Made by a program: the position numbers and the translations under genes. The notes under the pieces are model-generated. The model worked only from the letters and a program-made list of their open reading frames with translations. It had not been told where the DNA came from and did no database searches. DNA of 64,000 nucleotides from an uncultured Pelagibacteraceae bacterium (GTDB lineage: Bacteria > Pseudomonadota > Alphaproteobacteria > Pelagibacterales > Pelagibacteraceae). The DNA is taken from the NCBI GenBank assembly GCA_902551755.1, contig CACDEB010000001.1, positions 121,803 to 185,802 on the forward strand, written 5' to 3'. This document shows, piece after piece, positions 20,601 through 29,602 of the stretch. Each line of letters begins with the position of its first letter. Position 1 is the first letter of the stretch.

Positions 20601-22164
20601 TAGACAAAACTGCTAGAGGTGTATCATCACCCATTGATCCAGTCGCTTCTTTTGCATCCTCTGCCATTGGGTGAAGTATCAATTCAAGGTCCTCTAGACT
20701 GTATCCAAAACAATGTTGAAGTTTTCTTAATTGATCACCTTTAAATAAATTTGTCTCATTTTTGATCGGGAATTTTTTGTCTAAATCAATAATTTGGTTA
20801 TTAAAATGTTTGTACTCTTTTGCTAAGTAGTTTTTTATCTCTTTATTTTTAAATATCTTCCCTTTTTCTATTCTAACACCTAAAATTTCACCAGGACCTA
20901 ATCTTCCTTTCGAAACTATCTTTTTTTCATTAAGTTCAATCATTCCAGTTTCTGATCCAGCAAAAAGTAAATTATCTTTTGTGATTGTGTATCTCATAGG
21001 TCTAAGACCATTTCTGTCTGTAGCAACTATCACCCATTCATTATCTGTGGCAGCAATAGCTGCGGGACCATCCCATGGTTCCATTGTGCTGTTTAGAAAG
21101 TTAAACAATTTTTGGTGTTCAGCTGGTAGCACTTTACTTTTTTTTGACCAAGCGTCAGGTATTAACATTAATTTTGCTAAAGGCGCAGGTTGGCCAGAAA
21201 TATTAAGTAACTCAAACACATTATCTAATGATGCTGAGTCTGAATTTCCGCTTGGGATCACTGGCTTTAAGTTCTCCATATCTTCAAAAACTGGGCTGAA
21301 CATTTCTTCCTCATGAACCTTCATCCAATTTACATTACCTTTTAGGGTATTTATTTCTCCATTATGTGCTAGAGCTCTGAATGGTTGTGCCAGATCCCAG
21401 CTTGGTGCAGTATTTGTCGAAAATCTCTGATGAAAAATTGCATATCTTGATACAAATCTTGGATCTTTAAGATCTAAATAAAAATCAGACAAAGACTCAG
21501 CAAGGAACATTCCTTTGTAAATGATTGATTTAGAGCTAAACGAACATATGTAAAATTCATTAAGGTTTTCTTGAAGTATTTTTTTTTCAATCTTTCTTCT
21601 AGCTTCATAAAGTTTTATCTCTAGTGATTTACCCTTTTCATTTTTATCATTATATTTAAACAAGACTTGTGTAATTTCTGGTCTATTTAAATCTGCCTTT
21701 TCTCCTAGAACAGAAGGATTGACAGGTACCTGTCTCCATCCATAGATGTTAAAATTACTTTTTGTTAACTCACTTTCAACAATAGTTCTGCAAGCTTCTT
21801 GAGCGCCATAATTATTTCTTGGAAGAAACAACATTCCCACACAAACTTCTGAGTTATCATGTTTATGACCTGTAGCTTCAATTTTTTCGATAAAAAAATC
21901 TGAAGGAATTTCTATATGGATACCAGCACCATCACCTGTTTTTCCATCAGCATCAATTGCTCCTCGATGCCAAACAGCTTTTAATGCTTCAATTCCGTAT
22001 TCAACAACTTGTCTTGATTTTTTTCCATCTGTAGATGATACCAAACCAACTCCACAAGCATCATGTTCCATATTTTCGCTGTAAACATGATTTGATTTTA
22101 ATAATTCTAAGTTTTCTTTTCTTCTTAATTTTTCTAACTTTAGATTTATCTTTTTCTTGCTCAC
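17638..22164 (-). CDS. gltB: Glutamate synthase large subunit
   Basis: EHDACGVG, HQRFSTNT, HNGEINT, IKIAQGAKPGEGGQL and the GXGXG domain. Confidence 0.99.
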   Translation of the reverse strand: MSKKKINLKLEKLRRKENLELLKSNHVYSENMEHDACGVGLVSSTDGKKSRQVVEYGIEALKAVWHRGAIDADGKTGDGAGIHIEIPSDFFIEKIEATGHKHDNSEVCVGMLFLPRNNYGAQEACRTIVESELTKSNFNIYGWRQVPVNPSVLGEKADLNRPEITQVLFKYNDKNEKGKSLEIKLYEARRKIEKKILQENLNEFYICSFSSKSIIYKGMFLAESLSDFYLDLKDPRFVSRYAIFHQRFSTNTAPSWDLAQPFRALAHNGEINTLKGNVNWMKVHEEEMFSPVFEDMENLKPVIPSGNSDSASLDNVFELLNISGQPAPLAKLMLIPDAWSKKSKVLPAEHQKLFNFLNSTMEPWDGPAAIAATDNEWVIVATDRNGLRPMRYTITKDNLLFAGSETGMIELNEKKIVSKGRLGPGEILGVRIEKGKIFKNKEIKNYLAKEYKHFNNQIIDLDKKFPIKNETNLFKGDQLRKLQHCFGYSLEDLELILHPMAEDAKEATGSMGDDTPLAVLSNKYRPLYHFFRQNFSQVTNPPIDSLRENKVMSLKTRFGNLGNILDFNNLTEENIYVLNSPILSNKQFEKFVSFFDKNNQVLDCTFTNEENIETSLERLKKEAEVLVRQGVTQLILSDKEVSKDKYPIPMLLCIGAVHTHLTKLKLRGYVSINAQTGEALDTHSFATLIGVGATTVNPYLALDSLYQRFEKKLFGKFIYDDCVERYVKSVNLGLLKIMSKMGISVISSYRGGCNFETVGLSRTIVNDFFPGVTSKISGIGLTGIEKKIRDIHEEAFRSDTNVLPIGGIYRYRKNGETHQYQGKLIHLLQSAVTNKSYELYKKYSKGIYELPPINLRDLIDFKKKNTISIDEVEPVENILKRFGSGSMSHGALSKEAHETLAIGMNRIKGASCSGEGGEDEKRFQIQSNGDSANSRVKQIASARFGVTINYLNNCNEIEIKIAQGAKPGEGGQLPGFKVTKEIARLRHSTPGVTLISPPPHHDIYSIEDLAQLIYDLKQINPKARVGVKLVASSGIGTIAAGVAKAKADIILISGHNGGTGATPQTSVKYVGIPWEMGLTEANQVLTLNNLRHTVTLRTDGGIKTGRDVVIAAMMGAEEFGVATTALVAMGCIMVRQCHSNTCPVGVCTQDEKLREKFNGTPDKVVNLFTFIAQEVREILSELGFKSLNEIIGRTDLLRQVSKGSPNLDDLDLNPLFVRADPGKNKRYCEKQIINFVPDTLDQKIWPEINKKIDNNEKIEKSYQIENTHRAVGTRISYELYKKYNNTKLNDDYLTLNFEGSAGQSFGAFGIKGLKLVLSGDANDYVGKGLSGGKIVIKLSKESNLISKDNTIIGNTVLYGATSGKLFAAGQAGERFAVRNSGATAVVEGCDSNGCEYMTGGNIVILGNTGDNFAAGMTGGMAFIYDKEKEFEKRVNPESVIWQGVETKFWQEFLKKLVEEHSNETSSNVSKKILENFDTEINNFIQVCPKEMIDKLENPITNKISNFAS

Positions 22165-22166
22165 GG

Positions 22167-23606
22167 TTAGGCTACCTTTCTCTTTGAGTCCTTTAAATCT
22201 TTCAAATATTTATGAATACTTTCTGCAACATCTCTTCCATCTTTTATAGCCCAAACAACCAATGAAGCTCCACGAACTATATCGCCAGCAGCAAATACAC
22301 CTTTTACACTTGTCTCCATAGTGTCAAAATCAATTTTTATTGTACCCCATCTTGAAACTTGTAATTTGTTTTCACCAAATAAAACTGGTAAATCTTCCGG
22401 GTCGAAGCCTAATGATTTAATAACCATGTCAGCTTTCAATTCGAAATCAGAGTTTTCTTGAATAATAGGTTTTCTTCTTCCACTTTCATCAGGATCACCA
22501 AGTTTAATTTTATCTACAGAAACTTTTTCTATTTTGTTTTTACCTAAAAACTTTTTTGGACTAGATAACCAGACAAATTCAACACCCTCTTCCTCAGCGT
22601 TTGCAACTTCTCTTGATGAACCTGGCATGTTTTCTTTATCTCTTCTATACAAACATTTTACTGATTTAGCTTTTTGTCTCACTGCGGTTCTTACGCAGTC
22701 CATTGCTGTATCACCACCACCAATTACAATAACATCTTTATCTTTTGCATTTAGAGATCCATTATCAAAGTTTTCAACCTTATCTCCAAGACCCTTTTTA
22801 TTTGATGCGGTCAAAAATTCCATAGCAGGATAAATGTTGTTCAAATCGCTTCCTTCAATTTCAATTTCTCTTGGTTTATAAACCCCAGTAGAAATTAAAA
22901 CTGCATCGTGCTTCTCTCTCAATTCGTTTAATGATGCATCTTTTCCAACTTCAAAATTTAAAACAAACTTAATACCACCATCTTGTAAAAGCTTTGTTCT
23001 TCTTTCGACAACATGTTTTTCCAATTTAAAATTTGGTATTCCGTATATTAATAATCCACCAGCTCTATCATATCTATCGTAAATAGTTATTTGGTAACCC
23101 TTTTTTCTGAGCTGCTCGGCACAAGCCATACCTGCGGGTCCAGATCCAATAATTCCTATACTTTGAGTTAATTCCCTCTCAACTTTGATTGGCTTTACCC
23201 AACCCTTATCCCAAGCATTGTCGGTTATAAATTTTTCAACAGATCCTATCGTTACCGTGCCATGACCAGACTGTTCGATAACACAATTCCCTTCACACAA
23301 TCTATCTTGCGGACAAATTCTTCCGCAGACTTCTGGCATATTATTTGTACTTTGAGATAAATTGTAAGCCTCCTCTAATCTTCCCTCCGCTGTAAGTTTT
23401 AACCAATCTGGAATATTGTTACTTAAAGGACAGTGAACTTGGCAAAAAGGAACACCGCATTGAGAGCATCTACTTGATTGTTCTTTCGCACCTTCGTGAA
23501 TGAACTCTTTATATATCTCATTAAAATCTTCTTTTCTGGAATCAGTTTTCCTTTTAGGTGGGTTCTGTTGACCTATTTCCACAAATTTCAGCATTTTTTC
23601 AGACAT
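22167..23606 (-). CDS. gltD: Glutamate synthase small subunit
   Basis: RCSQCGVPFCQVHCP, GRICPQDRLCEGNC and GGGDTAMDC. Confidence 0.98.
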   Translation of the reverse strand: MSEKMLKFVEIGQQNPPKRKTDSRKEDFNEIYKEFIHEGAKEQSSRCSQCGVPFCQVHCPLSNNIPDWLKLTAEGRLEEAYNLSQSTNNMPEVCGRICPQDRLCEGNCVIEQSGHGTVTIGSVEKFITDNAWDKGWVKPIKVERELTQSIGIIGSGPAGMACAEQLRKKGYQITIYDRYDRAGGLLIYGIPNFKLEKHVVERRTKLLQDGGIKFVLNFEVGKDASLNELREKHDAVLISTGVYKPREIEIEGSDLNNIYPAMEFLTASNKKGLGDKVENFDNGSLNAKDKDVIVIGGGDTAMDCVRTAVRQKAKSVKCLYRRDKENMPGSSREVANAEEEGVEFVWLSSPKKFLGKNKIEKVSVDKIKLGDPDESGRRKPIIQENSDFELKADMVIKSLGFDPEDLPVLFGENKLQVSRWGTIKIDFDTMETSVKGVFAAGDIVRGASLVVWAIKDGRDVAESIHKYLKDLKDSKRKVA

Positions 23607-23715
23607 AGTGTGGTGGCTTATATATTATTAGTCTGTTGAATTAAACGAAAAATAGGACAGTTATTGTTACCTATATTTTGAAAAATTCACTGTTTTTGCT
23701 AGTTTTTTCCTGTTT

Positions 23716-23732
23716 TGCATACCTCATATGCA
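23716..23732. promoter_or_regulatory. Palindrome TGCATA-N5-TATGCA (GCA-N9-TGC geometry), candidate NtrC/NtrX-family site
   Basis: Perfect 6-bp arms in the gltD/uppP divergent intergenic region. Confidence 0.45.
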
Positions 23733-23784
23733 TTCATGTTATTGCTTTAATTTACCCCTAATTAGTTTAGTTAAATAATTAATA

Positions 23785-24549
23785 ATGGCGGAATTCATCG
23801 AAATTATAATTTTATCAGCAATACAAGGGATATCTGAATTTATTCCTGTCAGTTCATCTGCTCACTTATACTTAATGTCTGAAGTACAAAATTTTGAGAT
23901 AAAGTCTCTTTTGACTGATGTTTCTCTTCATCTAGGATCACTATTAGCAATACTATTTTATTTTAGAAATGATTTTTTAAAATTACTCAAAGATCAAAAA
24001 TTACTTAAATTATTAATTTTTGGATCTCTACCTCTAATTATAGTTGGTTTCTTTGTATTCAAAACCGGATTAATTAATTATTTTAGAAGCATTGAAATAA
24101 TAGCGTGGACTACAGTAATTTTTGCAATCTTTTTATATATTGCTGATAAATTTTCTGTAAGAAAAAAAATTGATACAGATTTAAATTTAAGGACAATACT
24201 TGCTATTGGCATTTTTCAAGTGCTTGCATTAATTCCAGGAGTAAGTAGAGCTGGAATTGTTATTACTGCTGGCAGATTTCTCAACTTTGATCGATACGAT
24301 TCAGCTAAAATTTCATTTTTTCTCTCTGTGCCAGCAATCACCGGTGCAAGTTTTTTAAACTTAAAAGAATTAACTTTTTCAGATATTGAAGTAAATTTTA
24401 TTGTTTTGCTTGCGGTCATCTGTTCTTTTATTTTCTCATATATCACAATTAAATATTTTTTAATTTTTGTTAAAAAATTTAGTATGAGTTTTTTTGTAGT
24501 TTATAGGGTTTGTTTAGGATTAGTCTTATTTTGGTTTATCTATACTTAA
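23785..24549 (+). CDS. uppP: Undecaprenyl-diphosphate phosphatase
   Basis: IQGISEFIPVSSSAH and PGVSRAG motifs. Confidence 0.95.
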   Translation: MAEFIEIIILSAIQGISEFIPVSSSAHLYLMSEVQNFEIKSLLTDVSLHLGSLLAILFYFRNDFLKLLKDQKLLKLLIFGSLPLIIVGFFVFKTGLINYFRSIEIIAWTTVIFAIFLYIADKFSVRKKIDTDLNLRTILAIGIFQVLALIPGVSRAGIVITAGRFLNFDRYDSAKISFFLSVPAITGASFLNLKELTFSDIEVNFIVLLAVICSFIFSYITIKYFLIFVKKFSMSFFVVYRVCLGLVLFWFIYT

Positions 24550-25431
24550 TCGTTTAAATTCTGGCATCAATTGTGACAGCAAAACTCCAGCAAGAATAAA
24601 TAAACATCCTAAAATATTATCTATGTTTAAAATTTGATTTAGTATAATCCAAGCTGCTATTGTTGCAAAAACACCCTCTAATGAATAAATTATTGCTGCT
24701 GGTGCGGGACTAATGTTTTTTTGTGCATAAATTTGTAAAACAAAGGCAAATCCACCAGATAATACGCCTGCATAAAGAATTTCATATGTCTCGGATAAAA
24801 TATTTGAAATTGTAAAGGTCTCATAAACTAATCCAATAAAGATTGATAAAATTGATACTATTAAAGTTTGAATAAGGCCAACCGTGACTGGTAAATCAAA
24901 TTTTTCCACTAGTTGTCCGATAAAAATAATATGTAAACTCCAAAATAAAGCACATATTAATACTAATATGTCTCCTTTTCTAACTGATGCGTCGTAAAAA
25001 TTTGTTAGCAGATATCCTCCTACTACACACAACAAAACAGATGGCCAAACACTCCAATGAACTTTTTTTCGATAAAGGATATAAAGAACAAATGGTACTA
25101 AAGGTACATAAAAGATTGTAAAGAAAGCTGCATTAGCTACATCAGTATAGAGGAGTGCAACTTGTTGTAATGCAGAGGCTAAGAATAAAAAAATACCTAT
25201 AGAGATTGAGAGATATAGAAAATTCCTTCTATCTTTATTAAATTCATTAAAAAATTTATTTTTTTCAATTATTAAAAAAAAAGGAACCAGCGCAAGGAAA
25301 CCAACAAAAAATCTCACTCCATTAAATGTGAAAGGGCCAATTTCATCCATCCCTGTGTCTTGTGCAATAAACGTGGTACCCCAGACTAAACAACAAACAA
25401 ACGCGCTTAAAAGTGATAGTCTTTTTGACAT
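24526..25431 (-). CDS. DMT/EamA family transporter
   Basis: WGTTFIAQ start, about 10 TM helices, two EamA repeats. Confidence 0.9.
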   Translation of the reverse strand: MSKRLSLLSAFVCCLVWGTTFIAQDTGMDEIGPFTFNGVRFFVGFLALVPFFLIIEKNKFFNEFNKDRRNFLYLSISIGIFLFLASALQQVALLYTDVANAAFFTIFYVPLVPFVLYILYRKKVHWSVWPSVLLCVVGGYLLTNFYDASVRKGDILVLICALFWSLHIIFIGQLVEKFDLPVTVGLIQTLIVSILSIFIGLVYETFTISNILSETYEILYAGVLSGGFAFVLQIYAQKNISPAPAAIIYSLEGVFATIAAWIILNQILNIDNILGCLFILAGVLLSQLMPEFKRLSIDKPK

Positions 25432-25439
25432 TTAGTTAA

Positions 25440-26336
25440 TTATATTGAGAGGTTGTAGGCAAAGTTTTTACCCAGGTTTTCTTTAATCTCATTACAAAAT
25501 CTCGCAGCATCTGCTCCGTTGATAATTCTGTGATCATAGGATAGTGACAGCGGAAGTATAAGTTTGTCACTTTTATCTTTTTGAAATATTTTTCCAATTC
25601 CTAAAATAGCTACCTCAGGTGGATTTATTATAGGTGTAAAAAATGTTCCACCTATCCCACCAAGACTAGTGATAGTTATTGAGCCACCTTGAAATTCTTT
25701 TTTGTCAATTTTTAAATTTCTACATTTATCACTTACTTCTTTTAATTTTTGCGATAAGTCAGATATTTTAAATTTATCTGCATCTCTTATTTTAGGAACC
25801 ATAAGACCGTGTGGAGTATCTACCGCAATACCGATATGAAAATATTTTTTTAATATAATTTGATAATTTTCTTCATCTTTTATTGATGAATTAAATATAG
25901 GATATTTCATCATACTTTTTACCAACGCCTTAATTATAAAAGCAAGTGGGGTAATTTTCTTTTGCTCACCTGTGTAACCATCCTTTAAATTTTTACGGAA
26001 GTTCTCAAGTTCAGTAACATCAGCTTCATCATGATGTGTAACATGTGGAATAGTTCTCCAAGATTCGGATAACAACGGTGCTGCAAGTCTTTTAACTCTT
26101 GGCATTTCAACAATTTCTATTTCGCCAAATTCAGAGTGATCAACTAAGTTTTTTTTAGGTTCTGGTTTTTGAGTTTCTTTTACCGGTATACTCTTTTTAG
26201 AATTTTTTATAAAATTTTTGACATCTTCCTCTGTTATTCTCCCGTTTCTTTCAGACCCTTTTAAGTTAGATATATCAGCCCCTAATTCACGTGCAAATTT
26301 TCTTACTTTTGGAGTAGCGAGTATTCTATTAATCAT
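25440..26336 (-). CDS. aceF: Pyruvate dehydrogenase E2 (binding and catalytic domains only, no lipoyl domain)
   Basis: ATPKVRKFARELG...GRIT binding domain; PIINPPEVAILG and SYDHRIING catalytic motifs. Confidence 0.92.
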   Translation of the reverse strand: MINRILATPKVRKFARELGADISNLKGSERNGRITEEDVKNFIKNSKKSIPVKETQKPEPKKNLVDHSEFGEIEIVEMPRVKRLAAPLLSESWRTIPHVTHHDEADVTELENFRKNLKDGYTGEQKKITPLAFIIKALVKSMMKYPIFNSSIKDEENYQIILKKYFHIGIAVDTPHGLMVPKIRDADKFKISDLSQKLKEVSDKCRNLKIDKKEFQGGSITITSLGGIGGTFFTPIINPPEVAILGIGKIFQKDKSDKLILPLSLSYDHRIINGADAARFCNEIKENLGKNFAYNLSI

Positions 26337-26338
26337 AA

Positions 26339-29300
26339 TTATAATTTTGTAGGTATGGGTTTATTTTTATCAATGTTATATTTCTTAATTACTTGTTCTG
26401 CATATTTTGATGGAATTAATTGTTCTTTTGCTAAAACACTTAAAGCGTAAGTAACAATATATTTTTTATCCACCTCAAAAAAATTTCTAAGTTTTTCCCT
26501 ACTGTCACTTCTTCCATAACCATCTGTTCCAAGCGAATAAAAACTTTTGTTAGTAAAAGGTCTTATTTGATCTGATGTAATTCTCATATAGTCTGATGCA
26601 GCCAATATAGGGCCTTCGGCATCTTTTAAACAAATTTCAACATATGTTTTTTTAGGTTTTTCATTTGGATTTAAAAGATTAAATCTCTCCACTTCCATTC
26701 CGTCTTTTCTTAATTCATTAAAACTTGTCACACTCCACACATCACAATCAATTTTAAAATCTTTGTCCAATATGTCTGCCGCCTGCATCATTTCTCTTAA
26801 AATAGTTCCAGATCCTAATAGTTGAATTTTTGTTTTTTTGTTTTTTGAAATTTGTTTAATTTTATACATTCCTTTTAAGATTGCTTCTTCAATATTTTTA
26901 TCTTTTGGTATTGCTGGATGCGGATAATTTTCATTCATTGTTGTAATATAATAAAAAACATTTTCCTTTTTTTCATACATTCTTCTTAAACCATCTCTGA
27001 ATATTACAGCTAGCTCATAAGCAAAGGTTGGGTCATAGGAAACACAATTTGGTATTGTGGAAGCAAGTAGATGGCTATGTCCATCTTGATGTTGTAATCC
27101 TTCTCCAGCCAAAGTTGTTCTCCCAGATGTAGCGCCTATAAGAAATCCTCTTGCCTGACTATCACCTGCAGCCCAGGCGAAATCACCGACTCTTTGAAAA
27201 CCAAACATTGAATAGAACAAATATATTGGAATCATTTCTATATCATGATTAGTGTATGATGTTCCTGCTGCTATCCAAGATGACATGGAACCAGCCTCCG
27301 TTATTCCCTCCTCTAACACCTGTCCTGATTTATCTTCCCTATAAGATGAAAGTAGTTTCGAATCCACAGGCTCATACTTTTGACCTTCATGCGCGTAAAT
27401 ACCAATTTTTTGAAAAAAGCCCTCCATACCAAATGTTCTAGCCTCATCAGGAATTATAGGAACTAATTTAGGTGAAACATTTTTATCTCTTAAGAGGTTT
27501 GTTAACATTCGAACCAGTGCCATAGTCGTCGACATTTCTTTAGTGCCTGTTGATTGTTTCATCACATCGAAGATATCTTTTGGAGGAACTTTAATTGGTT
27601 TAGCAAAAGATGATCTTTCAGGAATGAAACCTCCAAGTTGAAGTCTTCTCTCTTTTAGATATTTTATTTCTTGTGAATCTTCTTTTGGTCTATAGTACTC
27701 AATATTTTTTACCTGCTCGTCAGTTAAAGGAACATCAAATCGATCTCTGTAATAAAGTAAATCGTCTACGTCCAATTTTTTTTGTTGATGGGTGGTATTA
27801 ATACTTTCCCCAGATTTACCCATTCCATAACCTTTGATAGTTTTGGCAATGATCACTGTTGGACTACCTTTATTTTCTACTGCTCTATGGTAAGCTGAAT
27901 ACACTTTGTGTGGATCATGGCCTCCTCGATTAAGCTTCCATATATCTCTATCGGTTAAGCTTGAGACCATTTCTTTTAATTCTTTGTATTTTCCAAAAAA
28001 TTTGTCTCTTACATATGCGCCGCCCTTCGCCTTAAATGCTTGATACTCACCATCAACAGCTTCATTCATTCTTTTTACCAATAAACCTGTTTTATCTTTC
28101 GCTAATAATTGGTCCCAGTAAGATCCCCATATCACCTTTAACACGTTCCAACCGGCTCCTCTAAAAATTCCCTCAAGTTCCTGAATTATCTTTCCATTGC
28201 CTCTAACGGGTCCATCTAATCTTTGAAGATTGCAGTTAACCACAAATATTAGGTTGTCTAATTTTTCTCTGGATGCTAATCCAATTGCACCTAAAGACTC
28301 TGGTTCATCCATTTCCCCATCTCCTAAAAAGGCCCAAACTTTTCTATTCTCATCTTTAATCAAACCTCTATTAATTAAATATTTCATAAATCTTGCTTGG
28401 TAGATCGCTAACATTGGACCAAGACCCATTGATACAGTTGGAAACTGCCAGTAGTTCGGCATAAGCCAAGGATGAGGATAAGAAGACAAACCACCTGGTA
28501 AGACCTCCTGTCTAAAAGAGTCTAATTGTTTCTCAGTTAATCTTCCCTCTAAAAAAGATCTTGCATAAATTCCAGGAGCACTATGACCTTGGAAATATAT
28601 TAAATCTCCACCAAACTTATTATTTTTAGCTCTCCAAAAATGATTCATACCAACGTCATATAATGTTGCAGCTGAAGCAAAGGTTCCTATATGACCGCCT
28701 AGATCAGGATTTTTTTTATTAGCTCGTACAACCATAGCAGCTGCATTCCATCTAATTAAAGATCTTATTTTTCTTTCAATGTTTTGATCCCCTGGAGATT
28801 TTTTATCTTCTTCAGGAGGAATAGTATTTATGTAGGGTGTATTTCGAGACAAGACTAAATCTGAGCCTTCTTTATAAGAATGTTCAATTAATTGTTTTAT
28901 TAAATATTGAGCTCTTTCTTTACCGTCATTTTGAAGGACTGCAGATAAAGACTCTAGCCACTCTTTAGTTTCAGTTGGATCTAGATCATTGCCATCAGAT
29001 ATTATTTCAATATTTCTGGTTGGTTTCTTTTTCTCTTGGCTTATAGTTTTTGTTTCAACAGGTTTTTCTTGTTCTACTCTTTGAGATTTTTCAGCGTCTA
29101 CAATTATTTTTTCAGTATCTTTAGGAATATCTAAATTTTTGACTTCCTTTTTTTCAGGTTCGGGTTTTTTTTCAGAGGCAGATTGAATTTCTACTAGTTT
29201 ATCTCCCTTTGATACTTTATCACCAACTTTTACTAAAATTTTTAAAACATTACCCTCTTCGGTGCTTGGAACCTCTACACTTGATTTATCGCTTTCAAGA

Positions 29301-29410
29301 GTAACAATAGAATCGTTTTTTTGAATTTTTTGACCCTCTTTTACGAGAACTTCTATGATTTCTACGTTATCGAAATCTCCTATATCAGGTACTAGAATGT
29401 CTTTTTTCAT
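26339..29410 (-). CDS. aceE: Pyruvate dehydrogenase E1, homodimeric AceE type, with a fused N-terminal lipoyl domain
   Basis: VPDIGDF...TLESDKSSVEVPS lipoyl domain, then DLDPTETKEWLESL, GGHIGTFAS, FPTVSMGLG and GDGEMDE. Confidence 0.97.
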   Translation of the reverse strand: MKKDILVPDIGDFDNVEIIEVLVKEGQKIQKNDSIVTLESDKSSVEVPSTEEGNVLKILVKVGDKVSKGDKLVEIQSASEKKPEPEKKEVKNLDIPKDTEKIIVDAEKSQRVEQEKPVETKTISQEKKKPTRNIEIISDGNDLDPTETKEWLESLSAVLQNDGKERAQYLIKQLIEHSYKEGSDLVLSRNTPYINTIPPEEDKKSPGDQNIERKIRSLIRWNAAAMVVRANKKNPDLGGHIGTFASAATLYDVGMNHFWRAKNNKFGGDLIYFQGHSAPGIYARSFLEGRLTEKQLDSFRQEVLPGGLSSYPHPWLMPNYWQFPTVSMGLGPMLAIYQARFMKYLINRGLIKDENRKVWAFLGDGEMDEPESLGAIGLASREKLDNLIFVVNCNLQRLDGPVRGNGKIIQELEGIFRGAGWNVLKVIWGSYWDQLLAKDKTGLLVKRMNEAVDGEYQAFKAKGGAYVRDKFFGKYKELKEMVSSLTDRDIWKLNRGGHDPHKVYSAYHRAVENKGSPTVIIAKTIKGYGMGKSGESINTTHQQKKLDVDDLLYYRDRFDVPLTDEQVKNIEYYRPKEDSQEIKYLKERRLQLGGFIPERSSFAKPIKVPPKDIFDVMKQSTGTKEMSTTMALVRMLTNLLRDKNVSPKLVPIIPDEARTFGMEGFFQKIGIYAHEGQKYEPVDSKLLSSYREDKSGQVLEEGITEAGSMSSWIAAGTSYTNHDIEMIPIYLFYSMFGFQRVGDFAWAAGDSQARGFLIGATSGRTTLAGEGLQHQDGHSHLLASTIPNCVSYDPTFAYELAVIFRDGLRRMYEKKENVFYYITTMNENYPHPAIPKDKNIEEAILKGMYKIKQISKNKKTKIQLLGSGTILREMMQAADILDKDFKIDCDVWSVTSFNELRKDGMEVERFNLLNPNEKPKKTYVEICLKDAEGPILAASDYMRITSDQIRPFTNKSFYSLGTDGYGRSDSREKLRNFFEVDKKYIVTYALSVLAKEQLIPSKYAEQVIKKYNIDKNKPIPTKL

Positions 29411-29485
29411 CTATACTTCTTTAAGATCAATATTTTAACATATTTATATCTTTTTTTCGTCATCCTAAAATGAGTTAATTTGAAT

Positions 29486-29602
29486 ATGTTAAAAATATTT
29501 ATTAATTTTATTAAGAAAAAGCCTAATTATAAAAATTTGGACGCAAAAATTTGGGTGCAAAATATTATTCTAAATAAGTATTATAAATCACTTAAATATT
29601 AA
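29486..29602 (+). CDS. Possible small protein (38 aa, MLKIFINF...KSLKY)
   Basis: Open frame filling the aceE/thiolase gap; its stop overlaps the thiolase stop (TTAA), like other convergent pairs here. No homology evidence. Confidence 0.3.
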   Translation: MLKIFINFIKKKPNYKNLDAKIWVQNIILNKYYKSLKY

